Below, in pieces: positions 29,643 through 39,416 of a stretch of DNA of 64,000 nucleotides. The stretch covers positions 224,001-288,000 of the forward strand of contig JAWAWX010000001.1 of assembly GCA_038897215.1 (NCBI GenBank), read 5' to 3'. The position numbers and the translations under genes are program-made. The first letter of the stretch is position 1. Every line of letters begins with the position of its first letter. The DNA is from Acidilobaceae archaeon. GTDB taxonomy: Archaea; Thermoproteota; Thermoprotei_A; Sulfolobales; Acidilobaceae. The notes beneath the pieces were generated by a model that saw only the letters and a list, made by a program, of their open reading frames with translations, was not told where the DNA came from and searched no databases.

Positions 29643-30953
29643 GTGGAGAGCCTTTCGAGCGAGGAGAGAAGGGGATGTCTTTTAAACAGTCTGCCTAGGA
29701 TACTCCCGTCTCGTCCTCTCAGAGGAGAGCCATACCTAACCGACGCCACCTTGAGAGAAGGCCAGCAGGCCTGGAGGCCCTTCTCGGAGGCTGAGGCTCT
29801 GAGGGTATACGAGGCTCTAGCTGAGCTCAACGGAGGAGGCAGAGCTATCAGGTACACGGAGGTCTTCGTCTACAGCGAAAAGGATAGGAGGCTAGCTAGG
29901 AGGCTCTTGGAGGCCGGCTACGAGTACCCCAGAGTGAGGGGCTGGATTAGAGCAACAAAGCAGGACGTGAGGCTCCTAGCTGAGAGCGGCTTAGAGGAGA
30001 CAGTAGTCCTCACATCGATATCCGATTACCACATACACTTCAAGCTAGGAGTGAACAGAGAGGAGGCTCTAGAGTCCTACCTCGAGGCGGTAGAGGAGGC
30101 GTATAGGAGGGGCGTCGTGGTCGAGTGCGCTCTAGAAGACGTTACCAGAGCCGACCCGAGGCTCGTGAGAGAGTTCCTCGAGAGGCTAGTCAGGCTAGCT
30201 GAGCGCTACGGAGTAGAGCCTAAGGCCAGACTCTCGGATACTCTAGGCTTAGGGCTCCCCTTCAGAGAAGCTGAGCTACCGAGAAGCGTCCCTAGGCTCG
30301 TAGAGCTAGCTCTAGACGCTGGACTCAAACCCGAGAACCTGGGCTTCCACGGGCACAACGACTTCGGGCTAGCCACTGCGAACCACCTAGCGGCTTGGCT
30401 CAGCGGAGCCATGGAGGCTAACTGCACTCTACTCGGGGTAGGCGAGAGGACGGGGAACTGCCCCCTTGAGCTCATGCTACTCCACTACGTCTCGCTGACC
30501 GGTAACAGCGCTAACCTCCGAGCAGTCACGAGAGCAGCTCAACTGCTAGCAGGCATGGGCTGGAGGATTCCGGAGAACCAGCCTCTAGTCGGAGCGAAGG
30601 CTTTCACTCAGAAGTCCGGCATACACATAGACGGGTTGCTGAAGAACCCTCTCGTCTACCTACCCATGGACGTGGAGGAGGTTCTAGGCAGGAGCTTCGA
30701 GGTAGAGATAACCCCGTACTCGGGGAGAGCCGGGATCCTCTACTGGCTCCGGAGCAGGCTGGGAGTGACTCTAGACAAGAGCCACCCGGGCGTTGAGAGA
30801 GCAGCTGCGTTGATGAGAGAAGTCTTCAATGGCAGAGAGAGCCTGACAGACGAGGAGCTAGCGTCTATAGTGGCTTCAGCGATCCCAGAGCTCGCGAGCG
30901 TCATATGCTCGAAGCTAGGCTCTAGTACTCTACAGCAGTGCTCCAGCAGATAA
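29643..30953 (+). CDS. DRE-TIM metallolyase, Re-citrate synthase/homocitrate synthase-like
   Basis: DATLREGQQ, GWIRA, SISDYHI, HGHNDFG and GERTGN motifs; no LeuA regulatory domain. Confidence 0.8.
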   Translation: MESLSSEERRGCLLNSLPRILPSRPLRGEPYLTDATLREGQQAWRPFSEAEALRVYEALAELNGGGRAIRYTEVFVYSEKDRRLARRLLEAGYEYPRVRGWIRATKQDVRLLAESGLEETVVLTSISDYHIHFKLGVNREEALESYLEAVEEAYRRGVVVECALEDVTRADPRLVREFLERLVRLAERYGVEPKARLSDTLGLGLPFREAELPRSVPRLVELALDAGLKPENLGFHGHNDFGLATANHLAAWLSGAMEANCTLLGVGERTGNCPLELMLLHYVSLTGNSANLRAVTRAAQLLAGMGWRIPENQPLVGAKAFTQKSGIHIDGLLKNPLVYLPMDVEEVLGRSFEVEITPYSGRAGILYWLRSRLGVTLDKSHPGVERAAALMREVFNGRESLTDEELASIVASAIPELASVICSKLGSSTLQQCSSR

Positions 30954-30996
30954 AGCCTCGGTAGCCCCGAGACTCCAGGAGGGGAGCTAGCGGAGA

Positions 30997-31044
30997 GTGA
31001 TGATAGCCACGGCTCGGATGGATGAAGAGGGCTTGTGTTTCTGA
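30997..31044 (+). ncRNA. Candidate C/D-box guide sRNA
   Basis: GTGATGA(C)-TAGCCACGGCT-CGGA(D')-TGGATGA(C')-AGAGGGCTTGTGTTT-CTGA(D); intergenic. Confidence 0.7.
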
Positions 31045-31109
31045 CCTTCAGGCTCTCCCCTCGAGACGCTAAATAGGCTCGAGCGCTTCACGCGATGAGG
31101 TAGCGTGAG

Positions 31110-32276
31110 GTGAGAGGGCTCTCAACTATAGCTATCCACGGTCACGAATGCGTTGACTCTCAGGGCTCTCACATTCCTCCCATCTACGTGGGTAACGTTT
31201 ACGAGTACGTGGATGAAGACCTGGGCTTAGCAGTCTTCAGCGATAGAGGCGACGTGGTCAGATACGGGAGAGAAGAGAACCCGACTGTTCGCTGCCTAGA
31301 GAGAGTCTTAGCTAAGCTGGAGCAAGTAGAGGACTCTCTCGCGTTCAACAGCGGGATGGCGGCTATATCGTCTACCCTCATCTCGAAGCTAGAGCCCGGA
31401 GATGAGGTCGTAGTCTCTATGGAGGTCTACAGTACAGTCCTCTATCTCCTCGAGCAACTAGCCAGAAAGATGGGCTTGAGGGTAGTCAAAGCCTGGCCTT
31501 CTGCTGAAGCAATCGCTGAAGCCGTGACCCGCAGGACTAAGCTCGTCTTCCTAGAGGTTCAGTCAAACCCCACCAATAAGGTCGTAGACTTGAGGAGTCT
31601 AGCCTCGTCTATAGACTTGGAGTCGGTAGCGCTCGTAGTCGACAACACGACCACAACGCCAGTGCTTGTGAAGCCCGCTAAGTACGGGGCTAGACTGGTT
31701 GTCCACAGTATGACGAAGTACCTGAGCGGTCACAACGACTCAATCGGGGGAGCTGTCTGCGGGAGCTCGCGAGAGGTCAGAGAGCTCTGGGACTGGAGGA
31801 GAGCTCTCGGAGGCATACTACAGCCTCTAGACGCCTACATGATTATGAGGGGGCTGAAGACTCTCGAGGCTAGATTCGAGAAAGCAAGCAAGACCGCTCT
31901 AGAGGTGGCGGAGTTCCTCGAAGACCACCCGAGAGTAAGCGAGGTCCTCTACCCGGGGCTACCCGGCAACCCGTATCACGATATTGCTGTCAAGTTATTC
32001 GAGAGGAGGCTTTTCGGAGCAGTGGTATCCTTCAAGCTGAGAGGCTCGCATAGCGACGCGGTAGAGTTCCTCAGAAGACTCAGGATCATCAAAAGAGCTC
32101 CCAGCTTCGGGGGCACGGAGTCTCTAGCAGTGCTCCCAGCCAAGTCGGCCTCTAGATTCATAGACGCTGAGTCCCGCTCTAAGCTGGGGATAACGGAGAA
32201 CCTAGTCAGGCTCTCAGTGGGTCTCGAGGACCCACAAGACTTGATAGAGGACTTGTCTAGAGCTCTCGAGACATGA
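31110..32276 (+). CDS. Cystathionine gamma-synthase/lyase family PLP enzyme
   Basis: YGREENPT, SGMAAI, DNT, HSMTKYLSGH (PLP Lys) and RLSVGLED motifs. Confidence 0.92.
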   Translation: MRGLSTIAIHGHECVDSQGSHIPPIYVGNVYEYVDEDLGLAVFSDRGDVVRYGREENPTVRCLERVLAKLEQVEDSLAFNSGMAAISSTLISKLEPGDEVVVSMEVYSTVLYLLEQLARKMGLRVVKAWPSAEAIAEAVTRRTKLVFLEVQSNPTNKVVDLRSLASSIDLESVALVVDNTTTTPVLVKPAKYGARLVVHSMTKYLSGHNDSIGGAVCGSSREVRELWDWRRALGGILQPLDAYMIMRGLKTLEARFEKASKTALEVAEFLEDHPRVSEVLYPGLPGNPYHDIAVKLFERRLFGAVVSFKLRGSHSDAVEFLRRLRIIKRAPSFGGTESLAVLPAKSASRFIDAESRSKLGITENLVRLSVGLEDPQDLIEDLSRALET

Positions 32277-32779
32277 GGATGCGGGTCTTGGAGTGTAGAG
32301 TATACGCTGTGATAGTAGCGTACGCTAGTAGCTCGAAGCCTCTGCCAACGTTCATCAGAAAGCTGTCAGAGGCTGGAGCTAGAGTAGTCGGGCTTAACGA
32401 GGAGCTCAGGAGAGTCGTAGCCATGGCTCCGGCTGAGTCAGCGAGCGCTACTAGCAGAGTCTGCGAGGAGTTCGCTACGAGCAGTAGCTGGACGGTTAAA
32501 GCTGTCTGCAGCGGTGTGGATGTAGCTTGTGTGAGAGAGAGGCTGCTCAAGACCCTGAAGGCTAGAGCCTGGAGTAGAGTCTACTACCTAACACTACCCG
32601 GCTCTATGGTAGCTCAGGTAGAGGTTAAGAGTGAGAGAGTAGTCGTCAAGCTGGGGAGAGGGTCTCTAGTGCTGCCTCCCCCGCCATCTCTATTCACTCT
32701 ATCCTATGCCGAGTCCGAGAAGCTCTTGAGTAGAGCGGAGGACGTCTTGAAGCTCGTGGTGAACAACTGCTCTCTCTAG
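32273..32779 (+). CDS. Hypothetical protein
   Basis: ATGA overlap with the upstream gene; host-like codon usage. Confidence 0.6.
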   Translation: MRMRVLECRVYAVIVAYASSSKPLPTFIRKLSEAGARVVGLNEELRRVVAMAPAESASATSRVCEEFATSSSWTVKAVCSGVDVACVRERLLKTLKARAWSRVYYLTLPGSMVAQVEVKSERVVVKLGRGSLVLPPPPSLFTLSYAESEKLLSRAEDVLKLVVNNCSL

Positions 32780-35700
32780 CTGCTCGTCTTCGCTACAATC
32801 GCTGAAACGCTTGTCACACTGAGAGGCAGAGACAATAGGCTTCTCAGAGTGTTCTCTAGGAGCTCTACAGGGCTCAGCTCTCCTCTCTCCACTAAGTCTA
32901 GTTGTTCTTCGAGAGTTCTAGTGTAATCCTCGCTAGCGGCCTCGGGGAACACTTCAGCTACTCTGCTGTAAACCTCTACGCCTAGCCTCGTGGGCACCAA
33001 GACTCTAGCTCTCCTAGTCTCGACTAGGTAGCCGTGCCTCTTGTTAGCCTCGATAGCCTTATGGTAGGTGCTCGGCCTCCCTATCCCCTTTTCTCTCATC
33101 ATCTTAACCACGTCTCCGCTAGTGAGGAGGCTTACAAGACTCCCTCTGTAGACTCTAGCGGATACAGCCTCGACCACGGAGCCCGGCTCGACTCTGCTCA
33201 GCCACTTCTCCACTCTTGCTTCCAGCATTTTCAAGAACCCCTCTTTCTCGACCGACGCTATGCCCTCCACGACGCAAGCCGAGCCAGCAGCTCTGAGAAC
33301 GACTCGGGCTTTCGTGACCTCGGCTTCAGCCATCTGGCTCGCTATGAATCTCCTGAAGATCATGTCGTAGAGAGCTCTGTGAGCCCAGGTGAGCTTTATC
33401 GAGACTCTGAGAGAGCCGTCGAGGATCGCTTTCTCCAACTCGTCAGCATCCAGAGGTCTCGTGGGCCTTATCGCCTCATGGGCTCCCTCGCTACTCCAAG
33501 CTCTAGGCTTGTAGAGGTCTCCTAGGCCTCTCCTAGCCAGATACTCTCTAGCTACAGCCATGCCGTTGCTCGAGACTCTCGTGGAGTCCGTTCTGTGATA
33601 GGTTATCAGCCCCGCTTCGAATAGGTCTTGGGCTATCCTCATCGCCTGCTCAGCGCTAAGCTTCAGCACTCTCGAGGCATCAGCTAGGAGAGAGTCCGTG
33701 GTGTAGGGCGGCGGGGGGGCTAGCGTAGCGCGTTCTCTCGATGCCTCTACTACCTCGAGGCTCTTCGATGACGCGAGCTCCTCGGCAGAGCTCCGAGTCG
33801 GGGTGTAGACGCATACTCTCGAGCCCTCTCCTAGCTCGAAGCACACTCTGTAGCCTCTCGTCTTCTTCCACTCGCTGTACCTCGCTATGACCCAGCCCAA
33901 GACGGGAGTCTGGACTCTGCCTGCTCCAAGCCAGCTCTTAGCGTACTCTGTCTTCAGGTAGAGGCTTAGATGGAAGCCGAGCCAGCGGTCCACTACTCTC
34001 CTAGCGATCTGAGAGTAGACTAGCTTCTCGTCCACAGAGCTCAGGCTTCTTAGAGCCTCGAGGACAGCGCTCCTGGTCACCTCGTAGAACCTGGCTCTGT
34101 AGACTCTACCATTGTAGGGAGCCACGGCTAGAGCCACGTCCCACGCTATCTTCTCCCCCTCTCTATCCGGGTCCGTCGCTACTACAACGTAGTCCGAGTA
34201 GATCGAGAGTCTTCTGAGAGCCTCCACGACGCTCATAGAGTCTCTGACACTCCTCGAGCCGCACCTCGGGCATGCCTGACTCTCGACGAAGCTGGCTCCG
34301 CATTCTCTACACCTCTTTATCGTAGAGTAGACTGGGCTCACGCGGTCTCCGCTAAGCCTAACGCCGTAGACGCTAGCGGGGTCTCCATCGCTCTCCACTA
34401 GGTCGAAGATGTGGCCTCTCGTGGCGACGACTGTGAGCAGGTATACTCTCCCAGTCTCCGGGTCGAAGGCTGCTGTCTCGTAGGCCACCACGTCGCCGAG
34501 CCTCCTCCTAGCAGGCTTCCCCCAGAACCACGCTATCGTCTTAGCCTTAGTGGGGGACTCTACGACTAGCAGAACGCTGTCCACTCTAACCTCGGCCTCG
34601 CTCGCAGAGCTCTCAGCCGACCTCGACTCTTCTATCCGCCTCGCTGCCTCGCTCAAGTCTATGGAGTCTAGAGGCTTGAAGTCTATCCTAGCGACCCAGG
34701 AGGCTTTGGCTTCGAGAGCTCTCACCAGCTCCTCCTCCGGCTCTACTACAATGCTGAGACCGAAGGTCATCCTCCCCCCGAGCATTCTGCTCGCTCTACC
34801 GCTAGCCTGTATGTAGGTGAGAGCGTCTGGCACGTATGCGTAGACAGCGCCGTCTTCGAGAGAGTATACCGTGGACCCTACTCTAACCACTCTAGACCTC
34901 GCTGTAGCCGAGGAGAGCCAGGATAGAGCCTTGGAGAGAGCTCTCTCAAACCTCTCCGCTAGAGCCGCCAGAACCCCGCTCCCTGAGCTGGCTTTCTTGA
35001 GAGCGAGCTGGACTAGAGACGGGTCGTCTACCTTATCGAGGACTTCTCTCAGCTCTCTAGCCAGACCGAGAGCCTCCTCGTCTCCGCTCTCAGCTATGTG
35101 TATGAGGAGCCTGAGGAGCCTGGAGGGGCTCAGCAGAGCCTTAGCCGCTTCTACTCTCCTAGCCGGGGCTCTCGCGAAGACAGTATAGCGTACTCTCCTA
35201 GGGGCATCGAGCCCCCTGACCGCTACCCCGTATCTGCTCGCTATCGTGACTAGAACGTCTACCTCGCCTTTCTCTAGCTTGATGATGCTCCTCCAGGACC
35301 CCGCTAGAGCCTTCTCCGCTCTGAACCCCCTCTTCTTCAGCTCTTCTGCTATTAACCCCACGTACTCTCTGCCGAGAGCCTGGCTCACGAACACTATGCA
35401 GCCTCCTCCGAGAGCCTCTACTACTCTCGCTACCGAGCCCACTATGTCCCCGCTCACCACCACAGTGTCCTCCACGTTTCTCAGGTAGTCCGATGAGCCT
35501 CCTGCCTCGAAGCCCAGGACCTCCCTGACGACCAGGTGCTTGATGCCGCGAGGCCTCCCGGTAGCGGAGGCCACGACCAGCTGCCCTACTCTAGCGCTTG
35601 AGAGAGCTCTCCTCAGCGAGCTCTCTAGCTCCAGCACTTCTACCTCGAGCTCTCTCGTCTCTCTACCCGAGCGGAGCGCGGTGAGTAGCCTCCGCTTAGC

Positions 35701-36423
35701 TCTAACGAGCCTCCCAGCTGTCTCCACGGCCTCCCGGGGGACTCCGAGTAGCTCTAGTAGCCTCTCGACGTTACCGCTGTCTCTGAGAAGGCTGTCCACG
35801 TCGTCGACTACAGCTAAGTCGAAGGGAGCTAGTGCTGAGAGCTCTCCGAATCTCTTCCTCAGGAACGCTGGAGTCGCTACGAGCACTCCGAAGTCTCCGG
35901 AGGCTATCCTAGCTAGAGCCTCCTCTCTAGCTCTCTTGCTCATGCTAGAGTAGTAGGCTACAGCTCTATCGGTCAGCCTAGAGAGCCTCTCGTAGACCTG
36001 CCTGACCAGATTCTCGGTCGGGGCTAGGTAGAGAACCCTCCACCCATCCCTCTCGACTCTGTAGCAGGAGTAGAGCTGGAGTAGCGTAGTCTTCCCGACG
36101 CCCGTGGGAGCCACTATAGCGAAGCTCTCCCCGCCGAGGAGCCTCCTAGCCCAGCTCTTCTGAGCACTCCAGAGCTCTAGCCCGAGCTTTCTCCTAGCGT
36201 AATCCGAGAACTCTCTGTAAGCCTTGTCGGACTCGTGGACCCAGAGGTAGCCAGCCAGCCTCCCGGTTGTAGCAAGCTTCTCCACGACTGCCTCCCTATC
36301 GGTGGAGGCATCGCTCGAAGCAAGGCAGTTCTCGCAAGGCAGCCCTCTAGCGAGCCTCTCGCTATCGATCTCTCCTCCGCAGTTAGGGCAGAGCCCCTTG
36401 AAGACTGCTCTCAGCTCTGCCAC
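32776..36423 (-). CDS. rgy: Reverse gyrase
   Basis: N-terminal Zn finger, APTGVGKT, DDVD, QASGRASR, VESPTKA, DPDREGE and ITYHRTD topoisomerase IA motifs. Confidence 0.97.
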   Translation of the reverse strand: MAELRAVFKGLCPNCGGEIDSERLARGLPCENCLASSDASTDREAVVEKLATTGRLAGYLWVHESDKAYREFSDYARRKLGLELWSAQKSWARRLLGGESFAIVAPTGVGKTTLLQLYSCYRVERDGWRVLYLAPTENLVRQVYERLSRLTDRAVAYYSSMSKRAREEALARIASGDFGVLVATPAFLRKRFGELSALAPFDLAVVDDVDSLLRDSGNVERLLELLGVPREAVETAGRLVRAKRRLLTALRSGRETRELEVEVLELESSLRRALSSARVGQLVVASATGRPRGIKHLVVREVLGFEAGGSSDYLRNVEDTVVVSGDIVGSVARVVEALGGGCIVFVSQALGREYVGLIAEELKKRGFRAEKALAGSWRSIIKLEKGEVDVLVTIASRYGVAVRGLDAPRRVRYTVFARAPARRVEAAKALLSPSRLLRLLIHIAESGDEEALGLARELREVLDKVDDPSLVQLALKKASSGSGVLAALAERFERALSKALSWLSSATARSRVVRVGSTVYSLEDGAVYAYVPDALTYIQASGRASRMLGGRMTFGLSIVVEPEEELVRALEAKASWVARIDFKPLDSIDLSEAARRIEESRSAESSASEAEVRVDSVLLVVESPTKAKTIAWFWGKPARRRLGDVVAYETAAFDPETGRVYLLTVVATRGHIFDLVESDGDPASVYGVRLSGDRVSPVYSTIKRCRECGASFVESQACPRCGSRSVRDSMSVVEALRRLSIYSDYVVVATDPDREGEKIAWDVALAVAPYNGRVYRARFYEVTRSAVLEALRSLSSVDEKLVYSQIARRVVDRWLGFHLSLYLKTEYAKSWLGAGRVQTPVLGWVIARYSEWKKTRGYRVCFELGEGSRVCVYTPTRSSAEELASSKSLEVVEASRERATLAPPPPYTTDSLLADASRVLKLSAEQAMRIAQDLFEAGLITYHRTDSTRVSSNGMAVAREYLARRGLGDLYKPRAWSSEGAHEAIRPTRPLDADELEKAILDGSLRVSIKLTWAHRALYDMIFRRFIASQMAEAEVTKARVVLRAAGSACVVEGIASVEKEGFLKMLEARVEKWLSRVEPGSVVEAVSARVYRGSLVSLLTSGDVVKMMREKGIGRPSTYHKAIEANKRHGYLVETRRARVLVPTRLGVEVYSRVAEVFPEAASEDYTRTLEEQLDLVERGELSPVELLENTLRSLLSLPLSVTSVSAIVAKTSS

Positions 36424-36550
36424 GACTCTAGTGCCCTCGAAGAGCTTGACTAGACCGGGATTGAGTATGGTGATGCTTAGTCACACCAGCGTCTTACACT
36501 ATTTCTAGCATATAGGCTCGCCTTCGCTTAGCACTGCTGGGGGCTTCGCC

Positions 36551-37240
36551 ATGACTGATCGCCGCATAACAGACTCTATCAGCTGCAGCGAGGTCTACGA
36601 GGTGCTCTCGAAGAGCCTGGAGGTGAACCCAGAGGACTACACTGTCCTCGTAGCTCTAGCTGTAGGCGGGGGGTCTCCTTTCTCTGTCCTAGTGGGAGCA
36701 GTCTTGAGCCAGAATACTAGCGACAAGAACTCGATCAGAGCGCTGAAGAGTCTAGCGGAGAGAGTAGGGCTCTCCCCCGAGAAGATCCTGGAGGCCGGCT
36801 TGAGCGAGGTAGAGGAGGCGATCAAGACAGCGGGGCTCTGGAAGAGCAAGGCTAGAGCTATAGTTGAGCTAGCTAGACTGGTTTTGAGTAGAGGAGGAGA
36901 AGAGTACCTCCTCAGAGAAGACCCGCTAGTGTTGAGAGAAGAGCTTCTACGAGTGAGAGGAGTAGGCCCAAAGACCGTAGACGTCTTCCTCTCTGTAGCT
37001 CGCAGAGCTCCAGTGTTCCCAGTAGACACTCACGCCGCGCGCGTAGCTCTAAGGTGGGGTCTCGCTTCGAGTAGGAGGTACAGCGAGGTGTCTAGAGCTC
37101 TCCTCGAGTGCTTTGGCGCTGAGAGGAGCGAGGAAGCACACAGGCTAGTCATAGCTCTGGGGAGAGCGTACTGTAGAGCTAGGAGGCCTAGGTGTAAAGA
37201 GTGCCCTCTGAGAGCACACTGCCCCAGCTCAGAGGCCTAG
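36551..37240 (+). CDS. nth: Endonuclease III
   Basis: LSQNT, HhH GVGPKT, VDTH and 4Fe-4S motif CRARRPRCKECPLRAHC. Confidence 0.9.
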   Translation: MTDRRITDSISCSEVYEVLSKSLEVNPEDYTVLVALAVGGGSPFSVLVGAVLSQNTSDKNSIRALKSLAERVGLSPEKILEAGLSEVEEAIKTAGLWKSKARAIVELARLVLSRGGEEYLLREDPLVLREELLRVRGVGPKTVDVFLSVARRAPVFPVDTHAARVALRWGLASSRRYSEVSRALLECFGAERSEEAHRLVIALGRAYCRARRPRCKECPLRAHCPSSEA

Positions 37241-37725
37241 CTGTCTCGAAGCCGGGTAGGGAGGCGTGGCTGTATGAGGAGCTCTACGATGCTCTAGTAG
37301 CGGCGAGTCTCTCCTCGAGAGTAGAGTCTACGAGATTCAAGGGAGTCTTCTTGATCTACTCCGATGCATCTCCTAGAGAGATAGCTGAGTCGATAGCAGA
37401 GTACAAGACTCACACAGCTACCAGAGTCCTGCTGGCATCCATGACTCTAGCTAGACCTCGAAGAGAAGAGCTTGAGAGAGCTGTGAGAGAGCTCCTCGAA
37501 GCCTCTAGAGTAGCGAGAGTAAGACTCATACTCAAACCAAGAGGGCTGGGAGAGGGGCTTGTCTCCGAGAGAGATATCGCTAGCATGCTCGAGCTCCTAG
37601 GGGCTCGAGTAGACCCCGGCTCTAGAGCAGTTCTAGCCGTCGAGTCCGTGGACGACCTCTTCCTAATCACGCTAGGTACTACGCGGTCATGCGGCTTCAA
37701 GTGCATTCTAGTGTCTCCGAGCTAG
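37201..37725 (+). CDS. THUMP-like domain protein (start uncertain)
   Basis: KPGRE N-terminal motif, FKGVFL, RG and VLAVE pattern typical of THUMP proteins. Confidence 0.5.
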   Translation: MPSESTLPQLRGLAVSKPGREAWLYEELYDALVAASLSSRVESTRFKGVFLIYSDASPREIAESIAEYKTHTATRVLLASMTLARPRREELERAVRELLEASRVARVRLILKPRGLGEGLVSERDIASMLELLGARVDPGSRAVLAVESVDDLFLITLGTTRSCGFKCILVSPS

Positions 37726-37782
37726 GAGCACGCTTTTTTAGTTTCGATCCACTCTAGAACCCGGTACTCTAGGTGAGCGTCT

Positions 37783-39027
37783 GTGAGCAGGATCTTCAGA
37801 GACAGGTTTGTATTCGAGGAGTCCTACAAGCCCTCTAAGCTAGTTGTTAGGAGCGCTGAGGCAGAGCTCTTGATCAGAAGGTATCTCTCGAAGCTCTCCG
37901 AGGCTCCCGGCTTCTCCGACGTGAGCTTAATCTATGGTAGCATAGGGAGAGTGGGCATAGGGAAGACTACTCTAGCCTGGTATGTGGGCAGGAGAGTAGA
38001 GGAGCTCTCTAGGCAGAGAGGGGTTAACGCTAAGTTCGTCTACGTCAACGCTTTCGGAGCTCCAGCATTGCACCAGATACTCCAAGTCATGGTGGACCAG
38101 CTGGGGCTAGCTGTCAGCGTCAGGGGGAGCTCAGCAGTAGAGGTCTTGAAGGCTATAGTTGACCACCTCTACCTCAGAGACAGAGTTCTACTCGTAGCGA
38201 TCGACGAGTTCCAGAGTCTTCTCCTAAGCCCGAGGATGACTGAAGACGACCTCTACCTCCTCATGAGAGTCTACGAGGAGATCCCGAGTAGAGACGGGCT
38301 CAGCAGGATAGCCTACCTCCTCGTAGCCTCAGACCATAGAGTCTTATCGTATCTGAGAGAGAGGATCCCCCAGGTCGAGAGCCAGATAGGCTTCAGGATG
38401 CACTTGAGACCCTACACATCGCAAGAGCTGAAGGCTATACTCTTGCAGAGAGCCGAGGAGGGCCTCCAGCCCGGAGCTTGGGAGGAGTACCATCTAGACT
38501 TGATCAGCGAGTACTTCGGAGACGACAGGGGAGGAGATGGTAGCGCTAGGAGAGCCATAATGGCGCTGAGGATGGCGGCTGAGCTAGCTGAAGCCGAGGA
38601 GTCTCCAGCCATAACCGAGGCTCACGTGAGGAGAGCTCTCTCCGAGCAGGCTCTCTCAACACTATCGATCTCAGAGCTTAGAGGACTCAGCACTCACGAG
38701 CTCCTAGTTCTCTACTCCGTGGCGAGAGCCACGGCGGCGAAGGGAGGCTGGTCTACGACAGGAGAGGTCAAGAAGCTCTACGAGGACACCTGTCAGAGAT
38801 ACGGGGAGACCCCCCGGGGTCACACTCAGTTCCACACCTACCTGAAGAGCTTGAGCGTAGCTGGGCTCATAGAGGTCAGGCTCTCGAGTAAGGGGATGAG
38901 GGGCAGGACTTCTCTGATAAGGCTAGCAGCACACCTGCCCCCCGATAGAGTCATGGAGACTCTCGACTCGATCCTCCTAGATAGGCTTGGTGAAGCCAGT
39001 GAGCTTAGAGGACGTGGTCTCGTCTAA
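37783..39027 (+). CDS. cdc6: Orc1/Cdc6 replication initiator (Aeropyrum ORC2-like)
   Basis: YGSIGRVGIGKTT Walker A, DEFQ, G.ARRA and C-terminal winged helix with GRT. Confidence 0.93.
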   Translation: MSRIFRDRFVFEESYKPSKLVVRSAEAELLIRRYLSKLSEAPGFSDVSLIYGSIGRVGIGKTTLAWYVGRRVEELSRQRGVNAKFVYVNAFGAPALHQILQVMVDQLGLAVSVRGSSAVEVLKAIVDHLYLRDRVLLVAIDEFQSLLLSPRMTEDDLYLLMRVYEEIPSRDGLSRIAYLLVASDHRVLSYLRERIPQVESQIGFRMHLRPYTSQELKAILLQRAEEGLQPGAWEEYHLDLISEYFGDDRGGDGSARRAIMALRMAAELAEAEESPAITEAHVRRALSEQALSTLSISELRGLSTHELLVLYSVARATAAKGGWSTTGEVKKLYEDTCQRYGETPRGHTQFHTYLKSLSVAGLIEVRLSSKGMRGRTSLIRLAAHLPPDRVMETLDSILLDRLGEASELRGRGLV

Positions 39028-39262
39028 GGGCAAGCTCAAGATACTCAAGATACTCATGAAGAGAAGCCAGGCCAACATAACCAGGATAGTGAGAGAAACG
39101 GGGCTACGATACGAGCTAGCACTAAGGCACCTAGAGGAGCTCAAGAAGATGGGCTTAGTCGAGGAGAGGAGGTACGGGAGGCTCAGGATATTCGAGATAA
39201 ACCACAGAAACCCGAGAGTAGGGCTCCTCAAGGAGGTCATAGACATCCTGGAGAAGGTCTAG
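38987..39262 (+). CDS. Winged-helix (ArsR-like) protein
   Basis: NITRIVRETGL...HLEEL...G wHTH pattern. Confidence 0.8.
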   Translation: MVKPVSLEDVVSSKGKLKILKILMKRSQANITRIVRETGLRYELALRHLEELKKMGLVEERRYGRLRIFEINHRNPRVGLLKEVIDILEKV

Positions 39263-39265
39263 ACT

Positions 39266-39340
39266 TGGTGCCGCCGGGGGGATTCGAACCCCCGACCCCC
39301 CGGTCTTCAGCCGGGCGCTCTCCCGCTGAGCTACGGCGGC
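39266..39340 (-). tRNA. tRNA-Phe(GAA), intronless, CCA encoded
   Basis: GCCGCCGTAGCTCAGCGGGAGAGCGCCCGGCTGAAGACCGGGGGGTCGGGGGTTCGAATCCCCCCGGCGGCACCA folds as a cloverleaf. Confidence 0.97.
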
Positions 39341-39416
39341 TCCCGCTCCAGGTACTCGAGGCTCCGGGAATTTAAAACTCTTGTGAGCACGGCTAGAGCC
39401 CCCCGGGTGGGAGCGA

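Noticed and set aside
37726-37782. Replication origin next to cdc6
   Set aside because: Flanks are very short, with no ORB-like repeats or extended AT-rich unwinding element.
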